From IMG/VR virus record IMGVR_UViG_3300006103_000043, positions 1 through 34,967 of that record: a stretch of DNA of 34,967 nucleotides. One strand, given 5' to 3'. Positions 31,003-34,967 of this stretch are shown here, in pieces. Below the pieces are notes generated by a model that was not told the origin of the DNA, made no database searches, and worked only from the letters and a program-made list of their open reading frames with translations. A program made the position numbers and the translations under genes. The stretch's first letter is position 1, and each line of letters begins with the position of its first letter. The stretch comes from a virus. Its lineage: Duplodnaviria; Caudoviricetes.

Positions 31003-31932
31003 ATGGCAGAAATGGACAAACCGGGTTTTACGTTTCCAGATGAAAAGGAAAATGACACCTCAGCAGAAGATGAAAAGCTTTTATTGGAAATAGAAGACGA
31101 TACCCCGGAAGAAGACCGTGGGCGTGTTTCTTTTCCAGAAGAAGTAAAGAAAGAACTCTACGAGGACGAGCTAGAAGATTACTCGGACAAGGTAAGAAAG
31201 AAGCTGGTCAAGATGCGTAAGCTTGCTCACGATGAACGTCGTGAGAAAGAGCAGGCTTTAAGGGAACAGCAGGAAGCAATTACTGTTGCCCAGCGCATTA
31301 TGCAAGAGAACAATAGGCTTAAGTCTAGTTTGCATGAGCGAGAGAAAGATGTACTTCAATCTATCCAACGCGCTGTTGATTTAGAGTTAAGCGAAGCCAA
31401 GCGCCACTATAAAGAAGCATATGAGTCCGGTGAAACAGATCGGATGATAGAGGCACAGCAACAATTAACAGAAGCATCTATGAAGGCGGATAAGGTAAAA
31501 AACTATCGGCCTGCTCCTCCAGAGCCAGAATATGATATTCCGCAACCACGGGTTCAGCAGCAACAAGTTCAGCCTGATCCTATTGCAATGGAGTGGAAAA
31601 AAAACAACGAATGGTTTGGTGACGATGACGAAATGACTAGCCTTGCCCTAGGGTTACATGAAAGACTTAAAAAAGAAGGTGTAGTTATTTCATCACCGGA
31701 GTATTATCGCCGTATAGATGAAACCATGCGGAAGCGCTTTCCAGAAAGATTCGAGAGCGACGAGGAAGAAAAGGAGTCGCGCCCTGCAAAACTAAGCACG
31801 GTTGTAGCCCCGGCTACCCGGAGCACAGCATCAAAGAAAATTCGTCTTAAGACGACACAACTGGCGATTGCAAAGAAGTTAGGATTAACTCCAGAACAAT
31901 ACGCTCAAGAAGTCCTTAAATTGGAGTCATAA
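31003..31932 (+). CDS. Putative capsid scaffolding protein
   Basis: Acidic, coiled-coil, W...N.WFG, C-terminal IAKKLGLTPEQYA. Position upstream of the capsid genes. Confidence 0.6.
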   Translation: MAEMDKPGFTFPDEKENDTSAEDEKLLLEIEDDTPEEDRGRVSFPEEVKKELYEDELEDYSDKVRKKLVKMRKLAHDERREKEQALREQQEAITVAQRIMQENNRLKSSLHEREKDVLQSIQRAVDLELSEAKRHYKEAYESGETDRMIEAQQQLTEASMKADKVKNYRPAPPEPEYDIPQPRVQQQQVQPDPIAMEWKKNNEWFGDDDEMTSLALGLHERLKKEGVVISSPEYYRRIDETMRKRFPERFESDEEEKESRPAKLSTVVAPATRSTASKKIRLKTTQLAIAKKLGLTPEQYAQEVLKLES

Positions 31933-31933
31933 A

Positions 31934-32380
31934 ATGGCTGACAACAGAACACCTAGAGAACTGACAACCCGTGTAACGATGGAGCGCCCCAAGCAGTGGA
32001 CTCCACCCGATCTTTTACCAGAACCGGATAAAGAAGCTGGGATGTCTTACAGATGGATTAGAGTTTCAATGCTTAACAACGCAGACCCCCGAAACGTTTC
32101 CGCAAGATTACGCGAAGGTTGGGAGCCCGTTAAGTTGGAAGAACAACCGAAGTTTAGACTGCTAGTTGATCCTGATAGTCGTTATCAAGACGGCATTGAG
32201 ATTGGCGGATTATTGTTATGCAAGACTCCTACGGAACTGGTTGAGCAACAGCAGGCTTATTATCAAAACCTGACTCGCCAAAACGAAGAGGCTGTAAACA
32301 ATAGTTTAATGCGCCAGAGTGACGCACGTATGCCTCTCTTTAGGGAAGGGAAAACGTCTGTTAGCTTTGGAAGAGGTTAA
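31934..32380 (+). CDS. Conserved head-module hypothetical protein
   Basis: YRWIR...REGWEPV...IGGLLLCK motif. Confidence 0.7.
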   Translation: MADNRTPRELTTRVTMERPKQWTPPDLLPEPDKEAGMSYRWIRVSMLNNADPRNVSARLREGWEPVKLEEQPKFRLLVDPDSRYQDGIEIGGLLLCKTPTELVEQQQAYYQNLTRQNEEAVNNSLMRQSDARMPLFREGKTSVSFGRG

Positions 32381-32400
32381 CAAATTCAATGGAGATTTAA

Positions 32401-33258
32401 ATGGCTGCTTATCCTTCAGTACCGGCCCCATACGGGCTAAAGCCGATCAATCTTATTGGTGGTCAAGTTTTTGCTGGATCAACGCGCAAGCTACCTATCC
32501 AGTACAACTACGCTACTAATATTTATTACGGCGACTTTGTAACTCAAACTCGTGGTTATGTACAACGCGCAAGCGTTACCACTGGTACTGGTTTGAACCA
32601 GACCATTGGTATTTTCTTGGGCTGTTCATACACCAACCCCGTAACCAAGCAACTGACTTTCTCACAGTATTACCCAGCAAGTACGACAGCAGGTGACATC
32701 TTCGCTATCGTGACTGATGATCCTGATACCGTGTTTAAAGCAGCTATGATTACTGCCACTGGTGGTTCAACCATCGGTTCTGCAAACACTTCCTTAATTG
32801 GACAGAACGTTTCAGCAACTGATTTGGCTGGTAGCTTATTGACTGGTGATTCTTCTAACGGCGTGTTGACTCCTTATGCAACCCCCGTTACTACGACTTT
32901 GCCTTTGCGTATTATTGACTTGGTGCGTGATACTGCTGTTCCTCTTGGAACTGCAACGTATTCGTCCATCAGTACCGCAACGATTACTACCACTGCTGGT
33001 ATTCCTTTTGCATTGCCCGTAGGTACTGAAGTGGGTTCGTTGAACTCCGCAGGTCAGTACATCGGTTCTGGTTCATTTGTGATTGGCGCTGGCGATGGTA
33101 CTTCCGTTGCCGCAGGTTCTACTTCAATTATCATGAACCAAGCACCCGTTACCGCATTTGCATCAGGCGCAACGTTGGTGTTCACCCAATATCCAGAAGT
33201 GTTAGTCAAGTTGCAGTTTGGTCTGCATGCTTACTACTCTGCAACTGGCAAAGCTTAA
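32401..33258 (+). CDS. Putative capsid decoration/minor capsid protein
   Basis: 285 aa, T/G/A-rich beta composition, directly before the major capsid gene. Confidence 0.55.
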   Translation: MAAYPSVPAPYGLKPINLIGGQVFAGSTRKLPIQYNYATNIYYGDFVTQTRGYVQRASVTTGTGLNQTIGIFLGCSYTNPVTKQLTFSQYYPASTTAGDIFAIVTDDPDTVFKAAMITATGGSTIGSANTSLIGQNVSATDLAGSLLTGDSSNGVLTPYATPVTTTLPLRIIDLVRDTAVPLGTATYSSISTATITTTAGIPFALPVGTEVGSLNSAGQYIGSGSFVIGAGDGTSVAAGSTSIIMNQAPVTAFASGATLVFTQYPEVLVKLQFGLHAYYSATGKA

Positions 33259-33271
33259 GGAGTAATCTAAC

Positions 33272-34174
33272 ATGGCAATTTCACGCGCACAGTTATTAAA
33301 AGAACTTCTTCCGGGCTTGAATGCATTGTTCGGCTTAGAGTACGCACGTTATGGTGAAGAGCATAAAGAGATTTATGAAATCGAAACCTCCGAGCGTTCG
33401 TTTGAAGAAGAAACCAAACTGTCTGGTTTCTCTGCTGCACCTGTCAAGGCTGAGGGCAACGCAATCGCCTATGACAACGCGCAGGAAGCTTGGACTGCTC
33501 GCTATCAGCACGAGACCATTGCTCTTGGTTTCTCGCTGACAGAAGAGGCTATCGAGGACAACTTGTATGATTCTCTATCGGCGCGCTATACCAAAGGTCT
33601 GGCTCGCGCTATGGCGTATACGAAACAAGTTAAGGCGGCAGCTATTCTGAACAACGGCTTCTCATCAGCTTATGTTGGTGGTGACGGCGTATCGTTGTTT
33701 AGCACTGCACACCCCTTGGTTAACGGCGGTACTAACGCTAACACCCCATCAACCCCTGCTGACTTGAATGAAACCGCATTGGAAAATGCTGTGATTCAAA
33801 TCGCTGCATGGACTGATGAGCGTGGTTTGCTGATCGCTGCTAAACCCCGTAAATTGGTTGTTCCTCCTGCTCTGCAATTCGTTGCTACTCGTTTGTTAGA
33901 GACCAAACTCCGTGTTGGTACTAACAACAACGATATCAACGCCATTGAGAACAATGGTTCAATCCCCGAAGGCTACACGATCAACCACTTCTTGACCGCA
34001 ACCAACGCATGGTTCTTGACCACTGACGTTCCTAACGGTCTGAAGATGTTCGTTCGTACCCCCTTGCAGAACAGCATGGACGGTGACTTCGATACAGGTA
34101 ATGTCCGTTACAAATCTCGTGAGCGTTATAGCTTTGGCTATTCCGATCCACTAGGCGTATACGGTTCTTACTAA
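33272..34174 (+). CDS. Major capsid protein (HK97 fold, Mu gpT-like family)
   Basis: MAISRAQLLKELLPGLNALFG...DFDTGNVRYKSRERYSFG.SDP. Strong RBS and downstream terminator. Confidence 0.9.
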   Translation: MAISRAQLLKELLPGLNALFGLEYARYGEEHKEIYEIETSERSFEEETKLSGFSAAPVKAEGNAIAYDNAQEAWTARYQHETIALGFSLTEEAIEDNLYDSLSARYTKGLARAMAYTKQVKAAAILNNGFSSAYVGGDGVSLFSTAHPLVNGGTNANTPSTPADLNETALENAVIQIAAWTDERGLLIAAKPRKLVVPPALQFVATRLLETKLRVGTNNNDINAIENNGSIPEGYTINHFLTATNAWFLTTDVPNGLKMFVRTPLQNSMDGDFDTGNVRYKSRERYSFGYSDPLGVYGSY

Positions 34175-34182
34175 GCAAAAAG

Positions 34183-34209
34183 AAGGGGGCTTCGGCCCCC
34201 TTTTTGTTT
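34183..34209 (+). terminator. Rho-independent terminator after the major capsid gene
   Basis: AAGGGGGC-TTCG-GCCCCCTT followed by TTTGTTT. Confidence 0.9.
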
Positions 34210-34231
34210 AAATGGTGTACACTAAATCATT

Positions 34232-34299
34232 CTGGGGAAACACCCACACACCACCGCCCCAGCGGCACGATGCAACGATTGATGTGGGTACTTTTGCAT
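34232..34299 (+). ncRNA. Candidate kissing-loop leader structure
   Basis: Stems CTGGGG/CCCCAG and ATGCAA/TTGCAT. Loop-loop complement ACCCACA/TGTGGGT. Confidence 0.5.
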
Positions 34300-34310
34300 A
34301 AGGAATAATC

Positions 34311-34967
34311 ATGGGACGTAGTACATTTGAAGGCCCAATCTTAGCGGCTGACCAACGCTTTGGACCTCAGCGCGATGCTGGAACAGTACAACTGGTTCAA
34401 AATGCTTTCTTAGATTTCTCTGTATCAACTGCTGGCACAGCCAACTATGGCGGTGGTTCTGGAATCTTTGTTAGCTCAAACAACATTCCTAACAACGTAG
34501 GCACGATCTGGACTCCCCAGAGCGGTTCATATAGCACCAATGGACCTACTGTTGCTTCATCACCTACCGCTGATGCTTCAGGTACGAACTATCGTGGCGC
34601 AGTGTTTTTGATTCCTTACTTCTCAAACATCACCGATGTGATTGTAGATGTAGGTTCTATGCCATCTGACGGTACACATACCGTTACCGCAATTCAACCC
34701 TACGTTTCAAACGCATTTATTACCACTGGTAATGGCGTGTATGGAAGCATTGCATCGATCTCTGCTGCGGGTCGTTCAACTGCAACATTTACAGCGACTG
34801 CAACTGCAAACTCTGTTGTTCAGTTGGATAATGCTATCGGAACATTGCAAGACGTGCAGAACATTCAGCCCGGACAACAACCTACTTGGTTCTCTCAGGT
34901 TGTTGTGACACTGGGAATGACTGTTGCAAGTTTGACGTCTGTTAACAGTGGTCAGATCAATATCACG
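34311..34967 (+). CDS. Putative virion structural protein, 3'-truncated
   Basis: MGRSTFEGPILAADQRFG... with AAGGA RBS, T/S/G/V-rich. The frame appears open to the window end. Confidence 0.7.
   Translation, partial: MGRSTFEGPILAADQRFGPQRDAGTVQLVQNAFLDFSVSTAGTANYGGGSGIFVSSNNIPNNVGTIWTPQSGSYSTNGPTVASSPTADASGTNYRGAVFLIPYFSNITDVIVDVGSMPSDGTHTVTAIQPYVSNAFITTGNGVYGSIASISAAGRSTATFTATATANSVVQLDNAIGTLQDVQNIQPGQQPTWFSQVVVTLGMTVASLTSVNSGQINIT

Noticed and set aside
1-34967. Prophage or integration signatures
   Set aside because: No integrase, att-like host junction or host genes in the window, so lifestyle cannot be determined here.

Overview
Window from a tailed dsDNA phage (podovirus-like gene order; a proteobacterial host is inferred only from IHF-type sites and sigma70-type promoters). 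Left to right: (1) a rightward cluster of low-complexity internal-virion/ejection proteins, the first 5'-truncated, ending in a 1956-aa polyvalent protein (DdrB-like ParB domain, HExxH metallopeptidase motif, LPD38-like C-terminus); (2) a leftward recombination/accessory operon (PD-(D/E)XK exonuclease, ERF annealase, SSB-like, RHH, Zn-repeat HNH, lipoprotein, DUF1364-like); (3) a ~900-bp intergenic region rich in RNA structure; (4) a rightward replication module (ParB-like, SF2 helicase, Toprim primase); (5) a leftward operon of small, often acidic early genes; (6) terS, a LexA-DBD-like gene, terL, portal, GroES-like, scaffold, capsid genes and a 3'-truncated structural gene. The main discovery is an RNA-level control layer. 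Two type I hammerhead ribozymes lie on the minus strand inside the early operon, each in the same cassette (ribozyme, small hairpin, ACAACCAA, RBS). One is canonical. The other has a 19-nt core insertion that can compete with stem I. There is also a candidate small RNA whose 5' end is complementary to the extended GGAGAC RBS of early/middle genes, a UUGGCG-loop pseudoknot leader in front of the replication genes, and an exact 25-bp palindromic element with adjacent IHF sites repeated in inverted orientation 8.4 kb apart. All protein family calls come from motif recognition by eye; no database searches were run.
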